A stretch of DNA of 62,046 nucleotides from Betaproteobacteria bacterium (lineage in GTDB: Bacteria > Pseudomonadota > Gammaproteobacteria > Burkholderiales > SG8-39). Positions 1 to 8,359 of this stretch are shown here, piece after piece (the stretch's first letter is position 1; each line of letters opens with the position of its first letter). Position numbers and translations under genes: made by a program. The notes below the pieces were generated by a model. That model did no database searches and had not been told where the DNA came from. It saw nothing but the letters and a program-made list of their open reading frames with translations. The DNA lies in assembly GCA_005884455.1 (NCBI GenBank), contig VBCH01000219.1, positions 1-62,046 on the forward strand, written 5' to 3'.

Positions 1-172
1 CGAGGGCGGCGGGTCGGTGAAGTTCCTGCAGTGGGACGGCGCGAAGTGGAACACGATCACCGACTGGATCACCTCCGACCAGTCGATCGTGAGGCCCATG
101 ATCGAGGAGTCCGCTGCGAAATACGCCAAGGAGAAAGGCATCACACCGCGCGACTGTTCGAAGGAAGGTTGA
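1..172 (+). CDS. ABC transporter substrate-binding protein (Liv/amide family), 3' end only; the gene starts left of the window (frame begins at nt 2)
   Basis: Frame 2 reads EGGGSVKFLQWDGAKWNTITDWITSDQSIVRPMIEESAAKYAKEKGITPRDCSKEG then TGA at 170-172. These 56 aa are identical to the C-terminus of the 224-1549 minus-strand protein. Confidence 0.8.
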   Translation, partial: EGGGSVKFLQWDGAKWNTITDWITSDQSIVRPMIEESAAKYAKEKGITPRDCSKEG

Positions 173-394
173 GAGTTTCCCGTCCCCTCTCCCGCGAGCG
201 AGGGAGAGGCGGTCGGAAATAATTTAACCCTCCTTCGAGCAGTCGCGCGGTGTGATGCCCTTCTCCTTGGCGTATTTCGCCGCGGACTCCTCGATCATGG
301 GCCTTACGATCGACTGGTCGGAGGTGATCCAGTCGGTGATCGTGTTCCACTTCGCCCCGTCCCATTGGAGGAACTTCACCGATCCGCCCCCTTC
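2..394. repeat. Imperfect inverted repeat (arms 2-172 and 224-394, 51-bp spacer) formed by the 3' ends of two convergent paralogous genes
   Basis: Manual codon-by-codon alignment of arm 1 against the reverse complement of arm 2: 159/171 nt identical. All differences are at third codon positions or in the stop codon. Confidence 0.9.
186..209. terminator. Candidate bidirectional terminator hairpin between the convergent binding-protein genes
   Basis: CCTCTCCC (186-193) pairs with GGGAGAGG (202-209) across an 8-nt loop. Flanks are T/A-containing but there is no long U-tract. Confidence 0.4.
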
Positions 395-1549
395 ATGGTC
401 CATGCAGGACACTTTCAGCGCCTGCATAAAGCCGGTCGCGCCGAGCTGCTTCAGCTTCTTGTCGTCGATGTTCAGGTTCTCGAGGCCCCAGCGGATCTGG
501 TCGCCGGTCATCGGCTTGCCCTTGCCGTATTTTTCCTGGGCCGTGCGGATCGCCTCGGTGGTGACGATGCCGAAGACCACGCCGCGATTGTAGTAGATGC
601 TGCCGACGCGGCTCTTGTCCTCCATCTCGCCCTTGCCCTTCGCGTAGACGAACTTCTCGATCTCCTTGACCACCGGGTAGTTGCTCCCGGAAACGTTGAA
701 CGCCGCTGCGATGTAGCCCTTGGCCGCGTCGCCCGCCGGGATCACGTCTTCCTCGGCGCCGCTCCACCACACGCCCACGATCTTGGTGCGCGGGAAGCCG
801 ATCTTGGCGGCGGCCTTGAGCGCGGTCGGGTTCATCACGCCCCAGCCGCGCAGGATCACCCAGTCGGGCTTGATCTGGCGGACCTGCAGCCACTGCGCCT
901 GCTGCTCGTTGCCCGGGTGCGCGACCGGGATGTGGCTCACTTCGAAGCCGTATTTCTTCGCCTGCGCATCGAGCACGGGGATCGTTTCCTTGCCGTAGGC
1001 CGAGTCGTGATAGATGTTCACGATCTTCTTGCCCTTCAGCTTGTCCATCCCGCCCTCCTTCATGCCGATGAACTTGATCTTGGCGGTGTTCTGGCTCCAG
1101 TAATTGGTGATGAGGGGGAACACCCACGGAAACACGCGCCCGTCGGAGGCATCGGTGCGGCCGTAACCGATCGACACGATTGGAATGTGGTCGGATGTCC
1201 CCTTGTCTATGAGCGAATAGGTGATGCCGGTCGAGAGCGGGTGCACGAGCGAAGCTCCGGTGGGGCCGCGTTTCTTCGTGCGCTCGTAGCATTCCACGCC
1301 GCGCGCGTTGTTGTACTCGGTTTCGCACTTCTCGTAGGTGAGCTTCACGCCGTTGATGCCGCCGTCGCGCGAATTGATCATGTTCATGTAGTCGATGAAT
1401 CCCCCGAAGATGCCGGAGCCGCCGGCCGCGTAGGGGCCGACCCAGTAGCCGTTCATCGGGACGAACTGTTCGTTCTGCGAATAGGCCGTGCCTGCGAAGG
1501 CGAACACCGCCACACCCAGCAACGCGCTTAGTCTGAAATTCCGCAGCAT
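224..1549 (-). CDS. ABC transporter periplasmic substrate-binding protein (Liv/branched-chain amino acid-type family)
   Basis: 441-aa ORF with a signal peptide (MLRNFRLSALLGVAVFAFAGTAYS). AAGGAGG lies upstream of the ATG. It sits last in a permease/ATPase operon. Confidence 0.9.
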   Translation of the reverse strand: MLRNFRLSALLGVAVFAFAGTAYSQNEQFVPMNGYWVGPYAAGGSGIFGGFIDYMNMINSRDGGINGVKLTYEKCETEYNNARGVECYERTKKRGPTGASLVHPLSTGITYSLIDKGTSDHIPIVSIGYGRTDASDGRVFPWVFPLITNYWSQNTAKIKFIGMKEGGMDKLKGKKIVNIYHDSAYGKETIPVLDAQAKKYGFEVSHIPVAHPGNEQQAQWLQVRQIKPDWVILRGWGVMNPTALKAAAKIGFPRTKIVGVWWSGAEEDVIPAGDAAKGYIAAAFNVSGSNYPVVKEIEKFVYAKGKGEMEDKSRVGSIYYNRGVVFGIVTTEAIRTAQEKYGKGKPMTGDQIRWGLENLNIDDKKLKQLGATGFMQALKVSCMDHEGGGSVKFLQWDGAKWNTITDWITSDQSIVRPMIEESAAKYAKEKGITPRDCSKEG

Positions 1550-1654
1550 TGGAACCCTCCTTTGGATGGTGATCTCCCTGTTTCGACAGGTTATCGGAAT
1601 GAACAGCCGCGCCTAATATAGCCCAATTGTCGCAGATCGGAAAACCCAGCCCCT

Positions 1655-2761
1655 TCAGTGGGGGAAAGGCCAGAGCCGCAGCTTTTCCTTGGCGATTTGC
1701 CACAAGCGCGCAAGGCCCAGCGGCTCGACGACGAGGAAAAAGATGATGAGCGCGCCGAACAGGATCAGCGTCAGGTTGGACACCAGCCCCGCGGGAAGGG
1801 CGAAGCCGAAGGATCGCTCGATCGTGGCAGCCGAAAGGTCCATGAAGATCGGCAGGAGCACGATGAAGGCGGCGCCGAGGAACGAACCCAGGATGCTGCC
1901 GACGCCCCCGATGATGATCATGAAGAGGATCCTGAAGGAAAGTTCGAGCTCGAATCCCGCCGGTTCGACCGTGCCCAGATACGCGAACGCGTAGAGCGCG
2001 CCGGCCACCCCGCAGTAAAACGAACTGATGGCAAAGGCGAGGAGCTTGGTTTTCACCATCGGGATTCCGACGACCTCGGCGGCGACGTCCATGTCGCGCA
2101 CTGCCATCCAGGCCCGGCCGATGGAGCTGCGCACCATGTTCTTCGCCGCCAGCGCCATCACGCTCACGATCGCGAGCACCAGCAGGTAGCGCTTCACCGG
2201 GGTGTCGACTGTGTAGCCGAAGACGACGAGCTTCTGAGCGGTGATCACGCCTGAGGAGCTGTAATTGGAGAGCCAGCCGAACTTGGTCAGCGCCCATACA
2301 ACGAAGAATTGCGCCGCGAGGGTCGCGACCGCGAGATAGAAGCCCTTGATGCGCAGGCTCGGCAGGCCGAACACGATCCCGATCAGCGCCGCGACGATCC
2401 CGGCGAGAACGAAGGACAGCAGCATCGGCATTCCCGGCACCCGGAGCTCGAAGTTGTAGGCGGCGAAGGCGCCCACCGCCATGAACGCCGCCGTGCCCAG
2501 CGAAAGCTGCCCGGCGTAACCGGTGAGGATGTTCAGGCCCAGGGCGGCGAGCGAGAAGATGAGGAAGGGAATCAACACGCCGCTGAACCAGTAGTTGAAG
2601 TCGATCGCGCCGGCGATCGCGGGCGTCGCGGCGGCGAGCGGCACACCGACGAAGACGGCTGCTAGGAGGATTGCCATGGCGATCCGGTCCTGGCGGATCG
2701 GGAAGAGCTGCTGGTCCGCGGCGTAGGTGGTCTTGAACTGTCCGGCTTCGCGGTAGAGCAT
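1655..2761 (-). CDS. Branched-chain amino acid-type ABC transporter permease (LivM-like)
   Basis: 368-aa polytopic membrane ORF of LivM-type sequence, adjacent to the LivH-like gene. Confidence 0.9.
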   Translation of the reverse strand: MLYREAGQFKTTYAADQQLFPIRQDRIAMAILLAAVFVGVPLAAATPAIAGAIDFNYWFSGVLIPFLIFSLAALGLNILTGYAGQLSLGTAAFMAVGAFAAYNFELRVPGMPMLLSFVLAGIVAALIGIVFGLPSLRIKGFYLAVATLAAQFFVVWALTKFGWLSNYSSSGVITAQKLVVFGYTVDTPVKRYLLVLAIVSVMALAAKNMVRSSIGRAWMAVRDMDVAAEVVGIPMVKTKLLAFAISSFYCGVAGALYAFAYLGTVEPAGFELELSFRILFMIIIGGVGSILGSFLGAAFIVLLPIFMDLSAATIERSFGFALPAGLVSNLTLILFGALIIFFLVVEPLGLARLWQIAKEKLRLWPFPH

Positions 2762-2767
2762 GACTCG

Positions 2768-3661
2768 TCAGACCCGGTCGATTCGCCGTTCGCCGAAAAG
2801 GCCCTCCGGGCGCACCAGGAGGAAAGCGAGCGCGAGCACGTAGGGGAACCAGGACTCGATGCCGCCGCCGACGTGCGGGCCGATGTAGACCTCGGCGAGT
2901 TTTTCCGACGCACCTACGATGAGCCCGCCGACAATCGCCCCGGCGATCGATTCGAACCCGCCCAGGATCAGCACGGGCAAGGCCTTCAGCGCGAGAAAGG
3001 TGAGCGCGAACTGCACGCCGTTGCGCGCACCCCATAGCAGCCCGGTCACGAGCGCGACGAATCCGGCGACCATCCACACGATCACCCAGATCCTCTGAAG
3101 CGAGATGCCGACTGCGAGGGCGGCCTGGTGGTCGTCGGCGACCGCGCGCAGCGCGCGCCCGGTTCGGGTCTTGTTGAAGAACACCGCGAGCACCGCCACC
3201 AGCGCAGCCGCGATCCCGGAGGCGACGAGATCGAATTTGCTGATGTTCATCCCGGTATTGCCGATCAGCCATTCAATCGGCTCGTCGGCGATGCCCAGGT
3301 CGAGCGCGTGGACATTCGCGCCCCAGGTGAGCTGCGCGATTCCCTCGATGAAGAAGGCCAGGCCTATGGTCGCCATGAAAAGCGTGATCTGAGGCTGATT
3401 GACGAGCGGGCGCAGCACCACGCGCTCGGTGAAAAACGCGAGCGCCACCATCGCGAGAAGGGCGAGCGCCACCGCGAGCCAGAACGGGGCGCCCATCGAG
3501 ATGAATCCCACGGTCGTGAGGGCCGCGAAGAAGACCATTGCCCCTTGAGCGAAATTGAACACGCCCGAGGCCTTGTAGATGAGCACGAAGCCGAGCGCGA
3601 CCAGCGAATACATCACCCCCGCAAGCAGCCCGCCGATCAGCACCTCGAAGAAGAATTGCAT
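2768..3661 (-). CDS. Branched-chain amino acid-type ABC transporter permease (LivH-like)
   Basis: 297-aa membrane ORF. N-terminus MQFFFEVLIGGLLAGVMYSLVALGFVLIY and the FNFAQGAM motif are typical of LivH. Confidence 0.9.
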   Translation of the reverse strand: MQFFFEVLIGGLLAGVMYSLVALGFVLIYKASGVFNFAQGAMVFFAALTTVGFISMGAPFWLAVALALLAMVALAFFTERVVLRPLVNQPQITLFMATIGLAFFIEGIAQLTWGANVHALDLGIADEPIEWLIGNTGMNISKFDLVASGIAAALVAVLAVFFNKTRTGRALRAVADDHQAALAVGISLQRIWVIVWMVAGFVALVTGLLWGARNGVQFALTFLALKALPVLILGGFESIAGAIVGGLIVGASEKLAEVYIGPHVGGGIESWFPYVLALAFLLVRPEGLFGERRIDRV

Positions 3662-3662
3662 G

Positions 3663-4451
3663 CTAGTGCGCGACTCCCAGATACGCGTCGATTACGCCGC
3701 GGTCGTTGCGCACCTCGTCGGGCGTGCCGTCGGCGATCTTGCGGCCGTAGTCCAGGACGACCACCCGATCCGACAGGTCCATGACAACGCTCATGTCGTG
3801 CTCGATCAGCACGATGGAGGTGCCCATCTGGTCGTTGACGTCGAGCACGAAACGGCTCATGTCCTGCTTTTCCTCGAGGTTCATTCCGGCCATCGGCTCA
3901 TCGAGCAGGAGCAGCTCGGGCTCGGCGGCCAGAGCTCGCGCGAGCTCCACGCGCTTTTGCAGGCCGTAAGGGAGCCGGCCCACGGGGGTCTTGCGGATGT
4001 GCTGGATCTCGAGAAAATCGATGACCGCCTCGGCTTTGGCGCGGTGCTCCAGCTCCTCGCGCTTCGCCGCACCCCAGTAGACTGCCTGCTGCAGGAAATT
4101 GGATTTCATCTTCAAGTTGCGCCCGGTCATGATGTTGTCGAGCACCGTCATGCCGCGAAAGAGGGCGATGTTCTGGAAGGTCCGGGCGATACCCTGCTGC
4201 GCGGCCTCGTGAGGATCCACGTTGCGGCGCTTGCGGCCCTTGAAGGCGACCGTCCCTTGCTGCGGGTGGTAGACGCCGTTGATGACGTTGAGCATCGACG
4301 ACTTGCCGGCGCCGTTCGGGCCGATGATGGCGCGGATCTCGTGCTCCCGGACGTCGAAGGAAACGCCCTGGAGCGCAACCACCCCGCCGAAAGCGAGCGA
4401 GACGCCGTCGATCTCGAGGATCGGCCGCCCGATTTCCCTGCCTGCCGTCAT
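3663..4451 (-). CDS. ABC transporter ATP-binding protein (LivG type)
   Basis: Walker A GPNGAGKSS, signature and Walker B LLLLDEP, C-terminal VIDAYLG. The start was moved to the ATG at 4451 (MTAGREIG...) because the track ORF extension to 4781 lies inside the upstream ligase gene. Confidence 0.9.
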   Translation of the reverse strand: MTAGREIGRPILEIDGVSLAFGGVVALQGVSFDVREHEIRAIIGPNGAGKSSMLNVINGVYHPQQGTVAFKGRKRRNVDPHEAAQQGIARTFQNIALFRGMTVLDNIMTGRNLKMKSNFLQQAVYWGAAKREELEHRAKAEAVIDFLEIQHIRKTPVGRLPYGLQKRVELARALAAEPELLLLDEPMAGMNLEEKQDMSRFVLDVNDQMGTSIVLIEHDMSVVMDLSDRVVVLDYGRKIADGTPDEVRNDRGVIDAYLGVAH

Positions 4452-4468
4452 GTCAGGCGAAAGGGAGA

Positions 4469-6421
4469 TCAGGCCGCCTTCCTGGCCGCGGCGGCGCCGA
4501 AGGTCTTCGCCTCCACGATCCGCAGGTCGGCCGACACCGTTCCGCTGCGACCGTCCTCGAAACGCATCTGCGTCTCTACGAAACAGCTCGTCCTGTCGGA
4601 GTAGAGGGCGTCGACCAGCACCGCGTACTTGTCTGCGATGTGGCGGCGTCGCACCTTGCGCGTGCGCGTGAGCTCGCCGTCGTCGGCCTCGAGCTCCTTG
4701 TGCAGGACGAGGAAGCGCTGGATCTGCGAGTTGGCGAGCGTGGAGTCCTGAGCGAGATCGCGGTTCGCCTTCTCCACGCATTCACGGACGAGATCGAGCA
4801 CCGCGGACTGCGAGGCGAGGTCCGCGTAGCCGGTATACGGCAGGTTGCGCCGCTCGGCCCAGTTGCCGATCGCGGCCATGTCGATGTTGATGAACGCGCA
4901 GACCTTGTCGCGCCCGTGGCCGAAGCACACTGCTTCCTTGATGTAGGGGAAGAACTTGAGCTTGTTCTCGAGATACTTCGGCGCGAACAAGGTGCCGTCG
5001 GCGAGCCTGCCCACGTCTTTCGCGCGGTCGATGATCTTCAAGTGACCCCCGGCATCGAAGTAACCCGCATCACCGGTGTGGAAGAAACCCTCCGCGTCGA
5101 TTGCCTCGCGCGTCGCGTCGGGCCGCTTGTGGTATTCCTTCATGAGACCGGGGGAGCGCACCAGCACTTCGCCCGAGTCGGCGATGCGTACCTCGACCCC
5201 GGGCATGGGCGGCCCCACGGTTTCGAGCTTGACGTCGCCCGAAGCGTGCATGCACACCGTCACGCAGGTTTCGGTCATTCCGTAGAGCTGTTTCAGGTTG
5301 ATGCCGATGGAGCGGTAGAAATCGAACAGGTCCGGACCGATCGCCTCACCGCCGGTGTATGCGACGCGAACGCGCGACATGCCCAGCACGTTCTTGAGCG
5401 GCCCGTATACGAGGATCTCGCCGAGCCGATACAGCAGCCGGTCCTTGAGCGGTATCCCGGACTTGCCTTCGAGGATTCCCATCCCCGCGCGCTTGGCGAC
5501 GGCCATGAAACCGTGGAACATGCGGCGCTTGATCCAGCCCGCGTCCTCGATGCGGATCATCACCTGGGTCAGGATGCTCTCGTACACCCGCGGCGGCCCG
5601 AAGTAATAAGTCGGGCCGATTTCCCGCAGATCGGTCATCACGGTGTCGGGGGACTCGGGGCAGTTGAGACACAGCCCCGCGACGTGCATCTGCGCGTAGG
5701 AATAGAGAAAATCGCCGACCCAGGCCATGGGCAGGTAGCACAGGATTTCGTCCTTGTCGACGAAGCCGTCGAAGGCCACGAGCACCCGTGCCGTCTGGAT
5801 CATGGCAGCGTGCGTCTGGGACACGCCTTTGGGGTGACCCGTCGTGCCCGACGTGTAGAGAATCACCGCGACATCGGAAGGCCGGCCCTTTTCGAGCTCG
5901 CCGGCGAAGAAGCCCGGACTGCGCCGCGCGAACTCCCGGCCGGCCGCCCGGAGATCCTCGAAGCCGGTGAGCTCCGTCTGCCGGTAATGGCGCAGCCCGC
6001 GCGGGTCGTCGAAGCAGATGTGCTTCAACCGCGGGCACTGCGGCAGGACTTCCAGCAGCTTGTCGACCTGCTCCTGGTCTTCGACGACCGCAAAGCCGAC
6101 GTCGGCGTCCTGAAGCACGAAGGCCATTTCGACCGCCACGGCGTCCTGGTAGAGCGGAACGGGCACGCCGCCCAGGGCCTGCGCAGCCATCATGGCCCAG
6201 TACAGGCGCGGCCGGTTGTCGCCGATCACCGCCAGGCGGTCGCCGCGCTCGAATCCCAGCGCAGCGAGGCCGCAGGCGAGAATGCGGACCTCGTCCGCGA
6301 CCTGAGCCCAGGTCCAGGTCTGCCAGATGCCCAGGTCCTTTTCGCGGAACGCCGGCCTGGCGGGCCGTAGCCTCGCCTGCTGCAACAGAAGGCGCGGAAA
6401 GGTGTCAGGTTGTTCCGTCAC
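4469..6421 (-). CDS. AMP-dependent acyl-CoA synthetase/ligase (long-chain-fatty-acid-CoA ligase-like)
   Basis: 650-aa ORF with the AMP-binding motif YTSGTTGHPKGV. GTG start. First gene of the operon with the Liv-type transporter. Confidence 0.9.
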   Translation of the reverse strand: MTEQPDTFPRLLLQQARLRPARPAFREKDLGIWQTWTWAQVADEVRILACGLAALGFERGDRLAVIGDNRPRLYWAMMAAQALGGVPVPLYQDAVAVEMAFVLQDADVGFAVVEDQEQVDKLLEVLPQCPRLKHICFDDPRGLRHYRQTELTGFEDLRAAGREFARRSPGFFAGELEKGRPSDVAVILYTSGTTGHPKGVSQTHAAMIQTARVLVAFDGFVDKDEILCYLPMAWVGDFLYSYAQMHVAGLCLNCPESPDTVMTDLREIGPTYYFGPPRVYESILTQVMIRIEDAGWIKRRMFHGFMAVAKRAGMGILEGKSGIPLKDRLLYRLGEILVYGPLKNVLGMSRVRVAYTGGEAIGPDLFDFYRSIGINLKQLYGMTETCVTVCMHASGDVKLETVGPPMPGVEVRIADSGEVLVRSPGLMKEYHKRPDATREAIDAEGFFHTGDAGYFDAGGHLKIIDRAKDVGRLADGTLFAPKYLENKLKFFPYIKEAVCFGHGRDKVCAFINIDMAAIGNWAERRNLPYTGYADLASQSAVLDLVRECVEKANRDLAQDSTLANSQIQRFLVLHKELEADDGELTRTRKVRRRHIADKYAVLVDALYSDRTSCFVETQMRFEDGRSGTVSADLRIVEAKTFGAAAARKAA

Positions 6422-6580
6422 GGGTGCTCACTTTAGACCGGTTTTCAATTACACTCTCAGAGTTCTCTCGTGTCCAGGGAGCCATTGCGCGCCGATCGGG
6501 CCCTGACAGAGCGACAGCGGGAAGTTCGCGCGGTGCGGTAACTCGTTGGGGGGCAGCGCTTCATCCTGTGACGATCGCCA

Positions 6581-8032
6581 ATGCATAAAATCCTGATCGT
6601 CGAGGATGTCGAAGCGGTCGCCGATCTACAGATTCTCAAGCTGATCCGCGCGGGCGCGGCGGTTGAAACGCGGCGCGTCGAGACGCCCCAGGATTTCACG
6701 CGGCAGCTGGAGCTCTACGCTCCCGATGCAATACTCTGCAGCGTCTCCGTGCCGCGGTTCAGCGCAGTCACTGCTTTGGCGATGGCGCAAAGCCTACGCC
6801 CCGGTACGCCGTTTATCTTCGTCTTCAAAACCGCCGACGAAGAAGCCGCTGTCGAAACGTTCACGAGCGAGGCGGGCGATCACGTTTTCAAGACGAACCC
6901 CAGCAATCTTCCGTGGACATTCGGACGCGCAATGAAGCAGGCCGAAGAACGCAAGACTGCGGACGGCCAGGGTCTCGCGATTGCGCGCATGACGCGCCTG
7001 TACGCCGACCAGATCCGCGAACTGGACCAACTGCACCATCAACACCTCGTCTTTCGCAAGCTGAGCCGCTATCTGAAGGCCGGCGTGACGCCGGCCGAAG
7101 TTTATGCGGCTGTCGAATGTTTCGGTCCTCAGCTGTTCCAGAGAACGAGCGGCAGGTTGTATCTCGTCCATTCTCCTGGAAAGCATTTGGAGAGCGTCGC
7201 GAGCTGGGGCGACAGGTCGCCGGGCGAGCAGACGTTCACAGTCCAGGATTGCTGGGCCTTGCGCCAGACGCAAGCTCACTCGGTCGGGGATCCGCGGACC
7301 GAGCTGCTCTGTGGACACGTGACCTCGGATTCGAACTTCGTCCCATCCTACCTTTGCGTACCGGTCCTCGCGCAGGGCGAGACGCTCGGATTGCTGCACT
7401 TGCGACGCGTGAAAGAGGCATCGACGTCGCCGGAAGACGGCGATTCGATAGAGTCCTGTTTGAATCTCGCGACGGCTGTGGCAGAAGAAACCGGGCTAGC
7501 GCTCGCCAACTTGAAAGTTCGCGATACCCTGCACGAGCAATCGATCCGTGATCCGCTCACCGGTTTGTACAACCGCCGCTTTCTGGAGGAATTCCTCCTG
7601 CGGGAGCTGGCGCGCGCGGATCGCAAGAAGCACGCTCTCTCCATAATCACTCTGGATATCGATCACTTCAAACGTATCAACGACACCTTGGGCCACGGCG
7701 CGGGTGATGTCGTCCTTCGGCGCGTAGGTCTCCTGTTGCAAGGGTACGTTCGCGAGAGCGATATCGCGTGCCGCGTCGGCGGGGAGGAATTCTCGCTGCT
7801 CCTCCCGGAGGCATCGATGCAAATCGCGGCACAGCGCGCCGAGAATATCCGCGGGGGCGTGCACGACTTGCGGCTGAAGTACGACGGCCACAATCTGGGC
7901 GCCATCACCATTTCGCTGGGCGTCGCAGCCTTTCCGGAGCATGGCACGACTCCGGACGCGGTCATCCGCGCTGCGGACCAGGCGTTGTATGACGCCAAGT
8001 CCCGGGGCCGCGACAGGGTGGCGTCGGCATGA
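6581..8032 (+). CDS. Diguanylate cyclase with an atypical receiver domain: REC(Asp->Ser)-GAF-GGDEF
   Basis: N-terminal CheY-like fold (KILIVEDVE ... PDAILCSVSVP ... DHVFK), a central GAF-like region, and a C-terminal GGDEF domain with GGEEF and an RESD I-site five residues upstream. Confidence 0.9.
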   Translation: MHKILIVEDVEAVADLQILKLIRAGAAVETRRVETPQDFTRQLELYAPDAILCSVSVPRFSAVTALAMAQSLRPGTPFIFVFKTADEEAAVETFTSEAGDHVFKTNPSNLPWTFGRAMKQAEERKTADGQGLAIARMTRLYADQIRELDQLHHQHLVFRKLSRYLKAGVTPAEVYAAVECFGPQLFQRTSGRLYLVHSPGKHLESVASWGDRSPGEQTFTVQDCWALRQTQAHSVGDPRTELLCGHVTSDSNFVPSYLCVPVLAQGETLGLLHLRRVKEASTSPEDGDSIESCLNLATAVAEETGLALANLKVRDTLHEQSIRDPLTGLYNRRFLEEFLLRELARADRKKHALSIITLDIDHFKRINDTLGHGAGDVVLRRVGLLLQGYVRESDIACRVGGEEFSLLLPEASMQIAAQRAENIRGGVHDLRLKYDGHNLGAITISLGVAAFPEHGTTPDAVIRAADQALYDAKSRGRDRVASA

Positions 8033-8067
8033 GCGGTGCTCATCCGGACGTGCCGACCGCTCCTCCC

Positions 8068-8095
8068 TTAGACTTTCCCGAATCTCGGTTATAAT
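8068..8095 (+). promoter_or_regulatory. Candidate sigma70 promoter for the envelope-protein cluster
   Basis: TTAGAC (8068-8073), 16-nt spacer, TATAAT (8090-8095). By-eye match only. Confidence 0.3.
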
Positions 8096-8359
8096 CGCCG
8101 CTCCACACGCGCCTGTAGCTCGGCTAGGCGAGGGGGGGAGATGTAGCGGGCACACTGAACATCGTGCACCCGCGCCGCCGAGCACCAGACCACGGGTCAG
8201 GTGGGGTTATCGCGAATGTTCTATGGACATTCGCGCCGCCGCGGCTTGATTGTGCCGAACCCGGATCCACAATTTGGAAATCAAAGCGAACACCGAATCG
8301 CGAGAACGAGGACTGGCCGCAGTCGCGTGAACTCGCTGACGATCAACTGGAGAAAGTTC

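Noticed and set aside
31-365. Two small mirrored ORFs (31-222 + and 141-365 -) with near-identical peptides MGR(R/G)EVEHDHRLDHLRPVDR...
   Set aside because: They are the same off-frame read on both arms of the inverted repeat formed by the paralogous binding-protein 3' ends, so they are a by-product of the repeat rather than genes.
393-3272. 959-aa ORF on the minus strand spanning the binding-protein and permease genes, plus similar very long track ORFs at 365-1531, 4640-6370, 8973-11714, 11158-12510, 12668-14269, 15748-17724, 20128-23235, 23213-25612, 28831-30861, 29760-34427 (1555 aa), 36935-38977 and 55116-56777
   Set aside because: These are alternative-frame or antisense ORFs overlapping genes with clear family motifs. 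Their translations are Arg/Ala/Gly/Pro-rich low-complexity strings typical of stop-poor off-frames in GC-rich DNA, and none has a recognisable motif or sensible start context.
3663-4781. N-terminal extensions of track ORFs (3663-4781, 35102-36715, 52041-52706, 57476-58657, 58665-59501, 59378-60199, 8201-8803, 12539-14107, 18644-19798)
   Set aside because: The extensions overlap the neighbouring gene and translate to low-complexity sequence. Internal starts restore canonical N-termini, signal peptides or start/stop coupling (ATGA or GTGA).
8033-8359. Possible c-di-GMP riboswitch in the leader downstream of the GGDEF gene
   Set aside because: I could not find the conserved GEMM-I-like elements (for example a GGCAAACC-type tetraloop receptor or a GACGCAAAGCC-like core), or anything resembling class II. 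This stays only as a structured leader finding.
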